A stretch of 64,000 bases of DNA from NCBI RefSeq assembly GCF_009914755.1, contig NC_060929.1; one strand, written 5' to 3'. Under the pieces are notes generated by a model. It searched no databases. It saw only the letters and a program-made list of their open reading frames with translations, and was not told where the DNA came from. The DNA is from the human T2T-CHM13v2.0 reference genome, Homo sapiens. Every line of letters starts with the position of its first letter. Position 1 is the first letter of the stretch. The translations under genes and the position numbers were made by a program. This document shows positions 29,617-45,659 of the stretch, piece by piece.

Positions 29617-32600
29617 TCACAAATTTGCTTCCAATCCCTCAAGAAGTTAGTAGCATGTCAAAATCACACCCACCCACTTTTCCAAACAAAGGTTGTTCAG
29701 CAACCTGCTGGCTTCTGGTTCTTACAGACAAACATAAACTGCCTCTCTTACCCGGAATGGAACCTGCTTATTTTACCAGATGGCCTCATTGACTGTATGT
29801 AGAAGAAGGAAGCTGGCATTTCTCAAGTTTGAGGATGCTGCCTAGCCAGCGTCTTAGAACACAGCATCCTGTCTCTCCTTTTCTTACTTCTTTTCATTCC
29901 TCATGACTCTCTATTCCATGGGCTCTGAGCATCAAGAAATCATTTAGGAGACCCAAATTTGACTCAATCAAGTACCACGCATGCCTTCTGGAAAATCAAG
30001 ACTCTCATTGATTCTGTCCCCATTCAGCCTGATAAACTTCACAGTTACCCTCATTCCTCCCACGCTGCAATTTCTTGGCTCCTTTGGAGCATGACCCATG
30101 TGTAACATCTGGGGATTCGTTGCAATTTTTTGGTTCATCTCCTGGGTTATCTGCAGCCACACAGATATCCCAGATGTTCATGTAAGCAGCAGACTTTATT
30201 TTTCCTCGCAAGTTTCCTGCCTAATTGGGTTCAATCTTTACCAACCCTCTTTTTTCATAGCATTCTATTTCACGAGCTCTTCTTTAAAAGCTTGCTGTTA
30301 TTGCCTTTGGAAAATAGAATGCCATCATCTTGAAAACCTGCCAGTCAAAAATGGGGTTTATTGCTTGCTTCTTTATCCTTTTCACCATGCACTTATATGC
30401 ATTGTTATAATCAGACCCACAAAAGGTAACCACATCGTTGGCTATTATTGAACTTTTCCATTAATGGGTAATAAAGAACCCACACAAAATAGCAGCTACA
30501 CGAAATTTAAGTATTTCATCATAAACAGTCTCAGGATAATTAGAATGGATTAAATTACAAGAGAAAATGCATTTAGTTAATCTTCCCTCTAATTAAAAAA
30601 AAAATCCCTAGTTTTAAGTAAAGTGTTCGTTTTTAAAAACATATTTTCATTGTAATCAGTAAAGGAGAGGCCTGTTTGGTCCCCAGTGATAGGACGAAAC
30701 ATCTGCAAAGTTGCATCCGGAAACATCTGAATAGCTACCAGCCAGTGTTTTTTTGGTTTTGGGTTTTGGGCAGGGGTTTTATTATTAAGGTCCTTAAAGA
30801 ATGAGTCTGGTCTTTTCCCATTGCTGTTACCAAGGGATTCTCTACAAATAGCCTCATTCCATAGTCCATGGTGGCATTCCTTTCTGTTCTGAGATCGCTG
30901 ATGATGTGGTTGACTCCCCTTGACCAACATGTGTCAAGTGAGAAGATTAACTCAGCAGATGTTTATATATTCTGACCGAGCTGGGGTAAGAGTCAAAATG
31001 AAACTGGTAGGTGACGTGAGAAGTTTTCAAGATAGAACGGACACGTACTCCAGCCCTTCATGATGCTATTCCAAGACAGATAGGACTGAAATCACCCTAA
31101 GCCCTACGAGTGTGTCCCACAAATAAGGAATCATTCACATCACCTCACCAATTTCTTGGCTCATCCCAACTGCAAAGCTCACTCCACACTTTCATCCCAA
31201 GGGCCTCTAGAAGTTTCCAAGAGTGTCTTGCATGCTCATATTTAACCCAATCTGATTTTACAAGCTTAGTCCCTTCATTGAAACCTGCTGCCTGAGAAAT
31301 ACACTTACAGGGACTCCTACAGCACTGCCCCTACTGCCAGGATCCATGCCAAGGTTGTGTTCCCCCGTGCCAGCAGCACCATTGGTGCTCACGCTACTGA
31401 AGTCCTGCTGTGTTTACACAGTAAAGGAGAGAACACCACACTCCCCAGCTTTATCAACGGGTCCAAAGTTCCTTTGAGAAGACAAACCTTCACTTTTTGC
31501 CAATAGTGGCTCTCCCATACATCAAGGTTTTGTCCCAGCGCTGAGCTGTCGAACAGACACCACAGAGTCCTTTTTGTATCCTCACCTCTCCTCACCCTTA
31601 GACAGGCTCTCAACCCAGGGTAGTGGAGGATGCTTACAAGTTCTTTAAGCTCAGCCAGTCTCTGAATCCCAGTTTATACTCAGTCAGGACCCCTACCATT
31701 TAGATAAGCGGCTCTTAAAGAAAATCCTTTTCTCTTCATTTAGGTTAAGGGTTGCCTTCATTTTGAGCCAGCTCAACTGCAAATGCAAGAGCCCCTGTGA
31801 TCTCCCTCCTTCATAATAATCGCATCCCAGTTGGAATGGAGAGGGGACTGCTTACATATCCCCTAGACTCCAGGTTCCAAACAGTTTCAGCACAGCTCTT
31901 TGAGGCCACTCCATTTAATCATGCATGAGACCCAGCACCATGCAGTGCAAACTGAACATCACAAAAAGTACGTCCTGCCAGTTCCCAGAGAAAGAAAGGG
32001 TTAACCAATGGTCTAGAGACGGAAAGCCCCACATAATTGCTGCCCAGGAGGAATTAAAAGAGCTGAGAATCCTGGGCTATACATTCCAAGTTTAGCCACC
32101 ACAGCACCTGGTCAAATTAGCAATGAAGTTGGTTAGAGGTTGGCCCAGAAGGGTCATCTTTCCAAAGCTGTAAGCAGAGGGAGAAGCTCTGATAAGTGTG
32201 AATTGCATGTCATTATTTCAAAAAGTATGCTTTAACTTCAAGAGGGATTGCCAGACAGCCCTGTCTAGGTGTCTAGAAACAATGCCAGGGAGTGGGGGAG
32301 TCCCCAAGATTACAAAATAACCACCTCACAAGCACAGAGGAAATGTTTGTACCTGATTTTATTCCAACAAGTTAGCCAGCTGTCAATCACCGGTCATGCT
32401 ATTGCATCTGAAACACATCCTGTCTAATGACACAAAACTCAAAACGGTGGCTTCTGCTTTGCAGATAGCATCCTGGCAACAGGGCAAGGAGATTGTTTCC
32501 CTATATTAGGTGTGTGTGAGCCCAGAAAGCCTAAATGTCACTGATGATTGCAATCCCTGTGAATAAGAAAAGAGATGGAAGATACCGGAGGCAGTGTGAG

Positions 32601-33019
32601 AAACTAGCTTTTTCCTATTAATCCCAGCAAAGCAGGCAAGTCAAGTTGGGTCCCTTAAGCATGTTACTGTCAACTTCTTGCTATATGTTGAATATGAACT
32701 GATTTAACTTTTTGCTTCCATTTAATGGGGCCAAGAAAGATCAGTATCTATTCACTTACAGACCTACTCCCTGGAGGTCTGATACAGGAAGTGTTATCGT
32801 ATCCTAGAGAGAAGCCTAGCACAGACAACAGTCTACCCAGGATTAAGCAGTTTAAAATGCATAATACACAACAAAACCCACTCCAAACTCTCAATCATCT
32901 CCCACGTTATGTTTATAGAATGTAACATCTTTTCTCTTTGCTATTAACATTCTTTGTCAATGCTTGACTATGGCTGGTTTTATGCATTCCAAGTTTGAGG
33001 CAGTTTGGGGAATTATGTA

Positions 33020-33250
33020 GCAAAAGAATTAAATGCCTGAGATTTGGGATCAAACAGGACTGCCTTCAAATCCACCTTCCATCACTTGCAAGTTGGGTGA
33101 CCTTTAACAAGCTATGTGTCTTCAATAAGCCTCAGTTTTTCCCGTCTGTAAATTGGGAATAATAAATAATACCTACGACCTACTGTATTGAGGATTTCAC
33201 TGATGGAGAGCACTTAACATATGCTTGCTACTCTGTAAGTGTTAGCTTAA
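33020..33250 (+). mobile_element. MIR SINE
   Basis: ttcaaatccaccttccatcacttgcaagttgggtgacctttaacaag...gcctcagtttttcccgtctgtaaattgggaataata. Confidence 0.65.
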
Positions 33251-34619
33251 AAATTATTAACACCACACTTTCATATCTTTACTGTAGTTTCCCAAATGTG
33301 TCTTCACAGAGTGAATGGCTAAGAAAATTGTAGAGATAGCAAACAACCCAAAATTTCCCAAAGGGTCCAAAATTCCAGAAAGAGAAGCCAAGGGTGCCAC
33401 ACCTCATGTGTCCACACAGGTGCTCGTGGCCCTCCTGCTATTTCACTGTTCCAAGACAAGTTCCTTGGAACACCTGGTTTCTATTCCATTCAGCAGGGAG
33501 CACAGGGAGAGAGAGGAAAGCAGGAAGGGACATGGAAATGGCCCACTTAGGATCCATTTGCTGGTTTTAAGAACATGGTGTTCTAAACATCAATAAGAAA
33601 GCCACACACATCATCCATGGTAACATGTCTGGGGTCTACACCCCCTCCATCTGTTTCCAGATGGGCAGTGATAACTGTATTCAATCATTTGGGAAGCATT
33701 CATTGAGTGCCTAACATGTGCCAGCACAGTACTGGGTGTGACACATGAGCCACCTCTGTGTGAATATCACCGAGGCAGCAAGGACAAGAAAGAAGTGGTT
33801 TGCAGAGGGTGGTAATCATGGGAACTTTAGACCTCAGCTGCCTTTTTGCCCACTTGAGACTTTGATGTTTTCTAACCCAAGACACCCTTCTCACTGTTTC
33901 TATCAATAATGTTTGGTTAATTTTTCAACATTGTCCTTGCTCAAGCTTCCCAAGGAGGTCAATATAAGGATGGAGGCCTTTAACTTCAAATAGTAGTTTA
34001 AATTCATTTGCAACACAATGTAATTGCATAAAAGAAAGTAGTCAAATATCAAACTGTATGGATACACACAAATGACTCCCTCATAAGTGTTAATATCTTC
34101 CACAATGGAGGAAACTTAGTTAAATCAAATGAAGGTGGCAACTCATTAAAATTTGATTTTCCCTCCTATCCTTTTTTATCTTTTAATCCTCTGTATATGG
34201 CACAACTTGTTCTGTTAAATAACACTCATTAATGAAATCTCATCTTCTCTTAGCTATATCTATTTTATTTATTTTGAAAACCTTCAGATGCTTATAATCT
34301 AATTTAGTTAGATTACTGCTTGGACATCTCTAAGTAGGAAAACTTTGAGCTTTTAAGGTGGAATTACTGGCAAAGGCTAGAAGTGAGAGAAACCAGTTCT
34401 CTTCCCATTTCCCCTTGGTAGGAGGTGGTTGGGCAGGCCTTTCCTCTGTGAGGGGACTGGGCCTCCATTTGGATAATGAGGGCACTATGAATTAAGTATC
34501 TGTGTTGATTCAGGGAAGGGGAGGGAGGGAAGAGCCTCTAGAAAGAGTTGTAAACTCAAATTCCCATACATGGGGTAGGCGAGAATGACGTAAAGTGGGT
34601 GCATTCAACAGGGTGTAAG

Positions 34620-34890
34620 AGGCCAGGGAGGGGTGACAAACTGGAAAGTGAATGTCCCACCTATGGAGGGCAGACATGACCCAGCTCCAGCTGAACATGG
34701 CCATGTAGAAATGCAAGCCTAGTCTTCCCCAAATTTCCAATTTTTCAGTAGAGGCCAGATATTTGGATTGTTATGTATGGTCTCCCAATTTTCAAATGCT
34801 GGCAAGCAACTAAAAATGTATTAAAATGTTGTGCAGGCCATTCAAACAAGACTGGGGGCCAAATGGACCACCCATCTGTGACTACTGACA
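34620..34890. mobile_element. Degenerate hAT-type DNA transposon remnant (MER102-like)
   Basis: gaggccagatatttggattgttatgt...tctcccaattttcaaatgctggcaag...gtgcaggcc...ggggccaaatgg pattern. Confidence 0.35.
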
Positions 34891-37800
34891 CCTACCTCCA
34901 GGGCAGGATTAGTATTGAGTGAGGAAGCATCATTTGCCTGGATTGAGACTGGGACAGCTTTGGCTTCTCTTGTTTGATGCCCCATCTCTCCTTGGTAACT
35001 GGTTTAAGCTGGTGGGAGTCTCATTACCATGATACAATGGTGATACTTTGCACTTGCATGGTGAATTTTCTCCAAGGAGCTCAAAAGACTTTGTGTTGCC
35101 TCAGTCAACCTCACAGCAAGCCTGTGAAGCAGGCAGGTAGCCATTGCCCCCAAACACAATGAGCAACAACAGAAAGTATTTTACATAAAGCAGCTAGGTG
35201 GACTCATTGGCTTAAATCCAGCATCTACACTATTGGCAAATACAGCATTCAAGAAGCGTGGGCAGGATTTCCCACTAATGCCTCCCCTGCCACCCTTTTC
35301 AGCTTATCTTCCTTCCATCTGCTCCAAATGGCAGCTAAGCCCCAAATCTCAACAACAAATACCAGCAAACCAAGCCAGTGACTAATCCCTGTTGTGTGTA
35401 TGAGTGTATACACGTCTGTGTGCATGCGTGTGTGTGCGCCCACCTGACTTCTTAGCATACCCAGCCCGGTACATCTGCATCCATTACAACGTGTCTCTGC
35501 ATTGGTCATTGGTCTAATGCCATGCTCTGAAATGCTACTTTTGCAAGTGTTTAAGACCTAAAAACTTCAAATGGTACCTTCAGGATTCTGGATACCTGTA
35601 TTTTGCTAACGGTGCCTAATAATTTGTGCTGCTTGGGAACCCTGTGTCCCTTTCTCTTCCTTATGCTGATAAAATTACAACTGTGAAGTCTTTCCCTGAC
35701 AGAGCTAGAATACGGCCCTCTCTCAGGCTACTGCAGGTTCATAGGAGTGGCCATGTAAAATAGAGATAAGGGCCAGAGCCGTGCAGTGGAGGCCAGGGAC
35801 AAGAATCTTCTCTGAGTTGCCTTGGATAGAACACCCGAGAAAGTTGGACTGAGCAGCAGTGACTGGGGCTCCTCCAGAGTCATCATTTTCCCCTGTATGA
35901 CTGGGTTCAAGAGCTTTGCTACATAGTCCCGCTGGGCTATGCCTTCCCCTCTGCTTGATGGACATATGTGCTCTATGTCCTGCTCTACTCAGAGAATTCC
36001 TTGGGCTTTGCAGGCATGACCCAGAGAGAAGATTCCAGTTCAGCAGTGTAAACCTGTTGATCTTTTTCCCAGGACAGGACAGCACAACACAAGTATTCTG
36101 CATTTTCTAGATTGCCTTGCTCTTCCTTCTAAATTGTCTCAGATCAGGCTACTGATTTCTGGGAACAGTTCCCAGCATGATATTCTACTATAATCATTCA
36201 CATTCTCTGCATGCAGGCATGCCATAAACATCCTTCAGAGGCAGATGCAAAACCAGGGAAACACCTGGCCATTTTAAATGCATGTGTTGGAGAGATAACT
36301 AGACTTACTGGCATTGGAACTACAAAGGCTGACATATCTACCAGCTTCCCATCTGATCCCACAAATCAGAACATGCTTCTTTAGAGCCAGAGGAAACTGC
36401 CTTTCCCAGGGATGAAACCTTAAAGATCCAGCAGAAAAGTTTGGGAAGTGTCTCTTGATCTAATTGGAACAAGGAATTGATTAAGCATCCAGAATCAAGA
36501 ATGATGTTTCAGCTCTTCCCAGTAGATCAAAATCAATATTGAATATTTAAAAGGTATATAGATTTAAAAAGCCATTTCTTTATATACCTAAGTGTATAGG
36601 GAGAAATCAACTTTTATTTTTGTTGCCTTGGGAGAAACCAACTTGTGCTTTCCACTTGGCTATGCAGAATGAAAACCGTACAGGCTTTCAAAGGCCAGCT
36701 GAGGCTTCTCTGTATCTTCATTCATCATGCCTCTCAAAGCGTCAGACGGATCAGTCATAATTTGTGTTTTTCACACACATACACAAACATTTCTATTTTG
36801 GAGCGATTGGAGCGCTATACTGGAGCCATCTCTGTCTTAGTAGCCTCAGGTGCATACATTCCAGAAATTCTAAAAAGTCAGAGAAGACACATATCCCCAG
36901 TGCTGCCAAATCCAGTAAAACCGAAAGAGTTCAGGTTGCATGGTTTACGGACATCCCAGAGAAAGAATGTCCATTCAAGCCCACCAGGCTGAACTAGCCA
37001 TCAGGTGAAATTAACTCCTGACTAAACTAAATTAAAAGGTGAAACTCAGGGAGGCCCAAGTAGACAGAGGTGCTGATCATTAGGGAGTTTGGCCACTAGA
37101 GTTTCTACTTTCGGCCCTGCTCAGGCTTCAGAAGATGCAGAGGTGAAAGTCTAGTTTAGCTAAGTGTAGCCGGCTGGACCAACAGGTCACTTTAAGTCAT
37201 GTCTAACTGATCTCAGTGCTCCTGGAATGGCTTTACCTTGACATTTAAATTTCGGCTTCCATCACCAGTGAGATGGGGTTATGCTAAGTAATACAACTTT
37301 AAAATATTTTCTGAACAGTAAGGCAACCATTAAAACAAACAATTTCAGCGTTATAAAGTTATGTCTTTTAGGAGACATTAAAATGTTGCTGATACTGATG
37401 ACAGTGAGGTAAAAAGCTGCAAGCCAAGGCTTTGAGGTGATAGGGCAGAGGCCCTGAAAGCAGCATGAGGCTGATACATAAAGAAGGTAGTTGAAGCCAA
37501 GCTGAGAATAGCTTCAGAACCTAGAGGCACACATGGCTGGGGGCATTGCCTTTTACTTTGTTTTTCCTCCCAGGCTGTGGCTTTACCCCTTTCTCTTAAA
37601 ATCCTGACAATACTTCCCAAGAAATGTGGTCTCTGACAGAGGCAACTCCTTTGGATGGGCCAAACGTGGCACCTAGCAGCAAAACATACTATTCAGAAAA
37701 GTCCTAAATGATCCCCTGCCTTGAAGCCTGGAATATAGTAGATGCTCAGTAAGTGCTGGCTGGCTTGAGACTCCCCTGTGTGTGAGCCCTCTCCACCCAC

Positions 37801-38696
37801 CTTTCACTGCCCAAGTCATTTAAGATAGAGAAAATGGAGAACCACACTGCATCTAAAAATAGTTGGGGAGGGAATTACATGAATCCACTGTAAGTTAGCT
37901 TCAAAAATACTGTGCTTCCTAGGTGCTAGAATAGCCCATTTTTAGGGAGTCAAGAGCTGGATTCAGAGAAGGAGTAGCCAAGGGGCTCACCAAGTAAATA
38001 AAGGGTTTCTCTTGAGTTTTGGAGCATTCAGGCTTGAACAAGGGATTTTTTGGCCTGTGACCTAGTGCATAATTTGCAGTGGGGGTAATATCACCCCCAA
38101 CACAGTGAAAAATTGTTCTAGGGGTAGATGAAAGTCTTACTCTTTTTTTTTTTTCAGAAACCACATTTATTTTGGGGGGTTCATAGAGAATATTATACTC
38201 TCAAACAATACTTTATAAAAATTACTTAGTATGCTATATCTATTCTGTTTGTTACATTTTATATTTGTACTTTCTTTCCTAAGAAATATACTGCTGCTAA
38301 TAATAGAAAGTGGAAGAAAAAAGGCATAAGCAGGCAGAAGTGGGGGGAAAAAACCCTGCAATCTTTGTGGCAATAAAACATTAGATTGCATTAAAATAAC
38401 CTAAAACGTTAGATACTGGCCCCAGTGCCTGGGCGCAGAACTTTGTTGAAAGGGTATTCCAGTGGTAAGATGAAAATAAATCCTGTGTCATATATTTGCC
38501 CTATAGCAGAAGGAGGGTGGGGTTTAAGCTCAGGAATCACAGCCTAAAGCACAATAATTGTCTGGTTTCCTCAAAGGAGTTTGCAAGTTTCACATACCGG
38601 AAGTGTAGAAAGGCTGAAAGGAGAAGGTGGGGCAAGGGCATGAGAGTTTCTTTCAATGATACCAGTATAAACTGTACGTGTCTGAGCTAATATTAA

Positions 38697-41168
<2,472 letters not shown>

Positions 41169-41489
41169 TTAGAGGGGAAAAGGTCTAAAAAGGTTTCTAG
41201 GATGGGAGATAATGAAAAAAAAAAGTTGAGAAATATTAACCTGGTAGAAGAGATGATAGATTGATCCATTTCTAGAGCCTCAACAGAAGTGGCCTCAAGC
41301 ATCCTCAGGGAAGACACTGTTTCTTAGAAGACTCTGCCAACTCATGCTTCTGTCTTTATCGCCCCTGCCTGCTGGCTCATCTTATACCAAATCAGTTTGG
41401 ACTGAAATAACCAGGCAGGCCAAATAATTGATTTGGTGCATGTTTTTAATTTACTGATTTACTGAATTCCCTTTTCAGAAAATACCAGC

Positions 41490-41710
41490 TAACATTATTG
41501 AGTACTAATGACAGAAACGGCCGGTCCCATTGCTAAGTTCTCAGCATGGCTCCTCTCTTCTAATCCTCATGTCAGTTTTGTGAGGTGAATACTGTTAGCA
41601 TCATCATTTCACAGGTGACAAAACTGACTCAGAGAGGTTAAGCAATGTGTGAAAGGCTTATCTGTCAATGAGAGGGGCCGGTGAGTGCTAAATCCAGGTT
41701 TACTTGACAG
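41490..41710 (-). mobile_element. MIR SINE
   Basis: taatcctcatgtcagttttgtgagg...atttcacaggtgacaaaactgactcagagaggttaagcaatgtg. Confidence 0.65.
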
Positions 41711-43750
41711 AAACCAGGCTTAATCATTGCACTTTGCCCCCAGGTAGTTGCAATGGGGTTCTGGGGAGTCCAGCAATGAAATCAGAGAATATGGGCATCA
41801 GGGGACCCCCCCTTCACCTGTCGGGAAAGTCATCCTCTGCAGGAGTGTGTCCTTGGTGATGGAGGACAATTCCCCTTTTCACTTTACCAGTGCCCCCTGG
41901 CCAAAGAGTACACTAAATAATCTCCGATTCCAAAAATGACTCACTGCTACTCCGCATAGGCGTAGTTGGCCAACTTCCCTAAATTTAAGTTGACTTTCTA
42001 TCAGAGTTCACATTTCCACCAACTTTTCATTAAATTAATTATTCAAAACAATTCAGAGTTAGCGTTCTCGCAGCAACTGTAACTCTGCCATGACTAGATT
42101 AAGGCGTAAATTGAACAGCATGTTTTGCAATAAAGTTAATTTTATATTCACCAGAGAACTGAGTTATAGTTGCTGTGGGAACCATCATTTCGAATCTCTT
42201 GACTTTGGTGCATTTAAATTCTCAACCACAGCGTTGCACACAGTAGCATATTTTGCACGGACGTTTAATTTGCTTCACACCACGGCCTGGCTATCCTGAA
42301 CTTGGAAGGCCTGTCAGAAATAAACATTGCAGCTTTCTAGCTTTCCCAGCCTTCTACTTATCCTATACCTATGACACTATACATAGAAACAGCCAAGAAA
42401 CCAAAATGATTCCAATTTTATCTTGAAATTATCTGTTTGGGGGAAGTGAATTTCCTTAGAAGAACTGAGTCTCCGGCAATGTCAACTAAAGCAGGCAATG
42501 CCATTGCTTTTGTGTGCAGCCAGGATTCTCATCCAAGGATATTTTTGGTTCTGCGCTGTATTATTCAGTACACATGGGGTGACCTCTGAAAGCTCCAAGT
42601 CCTTGCATGTGCCATTAATCAAGCAGGCATGCACAGCCATACATCAGAACTTATTGGAGCTCCGGAAAAGCTAAGCAACATTTCCCAGAGCCACATAAAA
42701 CCCGAGCATCCCTAAATCAAGACACATTGCAGGGCCTCTAAAAGGTACGTTCAGCAGAACCGGAATAGAACTCAGGCTAAATGCTGGTGGTATGGAATTG
42801 GGAACATGTACCAAGTAAAGACAGAGGCTTGTTTGGAAGGAATAGCAGAGGAAGATGAAACTCTGAGATGGTTAGAGATGCGAGCATTCCATCCACGAGG
42901 ATTATCGATTTTTGTAGCTTTATTGGAAAAATCAGTCATGCTTTCTGCCTCCTGGGAATTGCTCTGCTGCAATTTGGGAGTGTGTACGTGTGGAAACTGC
43001 AGGTTAGCAGCTGAGTACCAGCTCCCATTCACTGTTCAATTATCCATTTAGCTAGAATGTGACTTAGCAGAAACAGACTGCTGTTTTGCATGTGTAAGAT
43101 GTATTTGAAAGGAGGGATTTTTGTTTCTCTGTAAATGAGAGGATTTCCAAGGAGAAGCTCTTGCCTTCCTAAGGGCACACTCATTATGCAAAATTGAAGA
43201 GTGGCACCTAACAAAAGCATAGGCCAGATTGTTGGAATTCTGAATACCATTGTACAAGCTTTCAAGAAACAGAAGTCTCTTATTTCTCATACTGTGCCAC
43301 ACATGAATGTACCTCCTGATCAGAACTACTGCAAAATTTGTAGATAAAGACCCTGTAATGATCAGTGGCCTCCCCACCAAGTCCTTGATTAGCTAAAAAC
43401 TGTTTAAAAGAAAGTTTCAGAGAGCAGGATATGTTCACGATAATTCAGGGTTCCCTGGGCCACGTGGATGGGATGGGTAAGTGATAGATGGCTTTAGATT
43501 CATGATAAAGGTGGGCAGGGGAAATACCATGCCAGTCAGAGCAAAGAAAAAAGAGTGAAGAAGCAGGGGAGAAACTGGAATGTTTTATTGCTTCTGTACA
43601 AGGTAAAAAGTGCCATAAAACAATATAAAATACGGGCTCCTCTATGAGGTCGTTTGACACTTACTGTTTTGTGACCGCATCTTCACAGGATTTAGACAGA
43701 TTTTTGGTAAGGAATGTTTGACAGATTAATAAATAAATATAAATATATAT

Positions 43751-43797
<47 letters not shown>

Positions 43798-43807
43798 TGA
43801 TAGATAG
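43751..43807. repeat. (GATA)11 GATT (GATA)2 tetranucleotide STR
   Basis: Directly visible tandem repeat. Confidence 0.95.
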
Positions 43808-44479
43808 CACAAGCTTTTTAAGCATGTCTGAGTGTCCCATTCGGGTGGGTCAAGCTGGCCTATAGGGTTAAAGAGAACGCAAAGGAACTAAAAGACCAGG
43901 AGTAATAACCTGGGAGCATGCTTGGGTGGTTCAAAGAGACCCTATTGCCAAGAATTAGATGAAGCTGGCCGGATGAATGCAGCCTTAAGGTCTGGAGTCG
44001 CTGTGTTAAGAAAGGCGAGGCATTCATTTGCTGGAGCTGTTCATATGAGGTTGTCTGCCCTGACCTTGCAGATAGAGCTGCTGTGACTCAATGGTTCTCT
44101 CCGCGTCTCCACTCTCAGCCATGTCTGTCCTGATGCGGCACGATGCTCCCCTGTCACCCTTTCCCTTCATCTCCACATGTTATTTTTAGTATGAAAAAGC
44201 AACTTGGAGAGGAGGGCAGAATCCTCACAAAATCCAGCTTCAGCAACCTCATCTGCCTGCTAGTTCCAACCGAGGAGTCTGGTTTGCTGCATCAACAGGG
44301 GTAGTTGGTGGGGAGTGCTGTTTATAGACTGTATGTCTAATTGTCTGCTTTTGTGTCTCTAAAGCCTTCCCTTTCCGAGGCATGTTAGGAAAACAGAAAC
44401 ACATCTAGCATTAGCGGTGCCACATAGAGTCACAGAGCAGGACAAATTTGTGCCCTGCCCAAGCCTCCACCCTGGCTTA

Positions 44480-45135
44480 CCCAGATGGTCCTGATGGGTC
44501 CCTGCTGGCCAGCCTTCTAGATTCTGTCCTGGCCCCATCCTCTCTCTGTTCCTCACCCAGCACAAAGGGAGCCTTTAAAAACTCATGTCAGATCAGGCCA
44601 CTCCTCTGCTCAAAAGCTTCCAATGACTTCTTTTCACTCAGAATAAAAGCAATATCCGTACAGTGGACTATGAGGTCCTACCCCTCACTCACTCTGCTAC
44701 AGCCACACGGGCCTCCTCTCTGTCCTTCCAACACCCCAAGCACTCTCATGCCTAGGGGCTTTGTACCTGCAGTTTCCTCTGCCTGTGCTACTATCTCCCA
44801 AATATTGGTATGATTTGTTTCCTCCCCTCCTTTAGGTTTTTTGCTCAAACAACTTATCATCAGGGGCTTCCCTGACCATCCTATATAAGACAGTCACCTC
44901 CATCACACACAACCCCCTTGTGGTCCCCTCCCCCTACATTTCCCTAAAGCAGTGATTACCATCTGACATACCATATTAATTTTTATTGTTTATTGTAGGT
45001 CTCCTCACTGTAGAATGTGAGATCTTTAAGAACAAGACTTTGTCTCTTTCATTGACTACTGTATGCCCCTTGTCTAGAAACTACCCGGTGCATAATAGGT
45101 GCTCGATAAATAATTATTGAATGAATGAAAGAATA
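44480..45135 (+). mobile_element. L2 LINE 3' end
   Basis: cactcctctgctcaaaagcttccaatgacttc...tagaatgtgagatcttt...gtgcataataggtgctcgataaataattattgaatgaatgaa (L2 3' terminus with TGAA tail). Confidence 0.75.
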
Positions 45136-45659
45136 AACTCATGAGTCTACAGCAGAAATCAGCATTTTCTAATCATTCAGTAAATGTTTGATGTGGGATT
45201 GGTATTTCTCCCTTGGAGGTCCATTTGTCCCCTGATTCGCACACACTGAACTCAAGGATTAGGGACAGGGCAGGAGACAGAAGCCAACACTCTTGACAGG
45301 GAGACCACCCCACCACTCAGGCAGGACGCCATGCGGGGGCTTCCCCAAGTAGGATCCTCATGGATCCTATTCTCAGCTTTAGAAATCCCATTTTGTTTCT
45401 GTTAACAGAGTGGATCAAGCTCTAGACTGACTCCGTCACACTACCCAAATTCCCATCCAAACCTGAAATGGCCATTCAGTAATTCACAGTGAGGAAATTC
45501 TACATCTCCTGCTCAGTGTATTCTCTCCCTAAAGGGAAATCTATATGGGAAATGAAGTTAAAAGCAGAAGATTTCTTGGGGAACAAGAAATCAAAGCAAG
45601 TAATATGATATTCTGAGTCTGCCTTCTCCCTGTACAGTCCTACCTGGCTAGGGGGGCGC

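Noticed and set aside
30415-30425. 11-nt AG...AAG|GTAACC microexon-like unit
   Set aside because: Not frame-preserving and has a poor tract immediately before the AG; no independent support.
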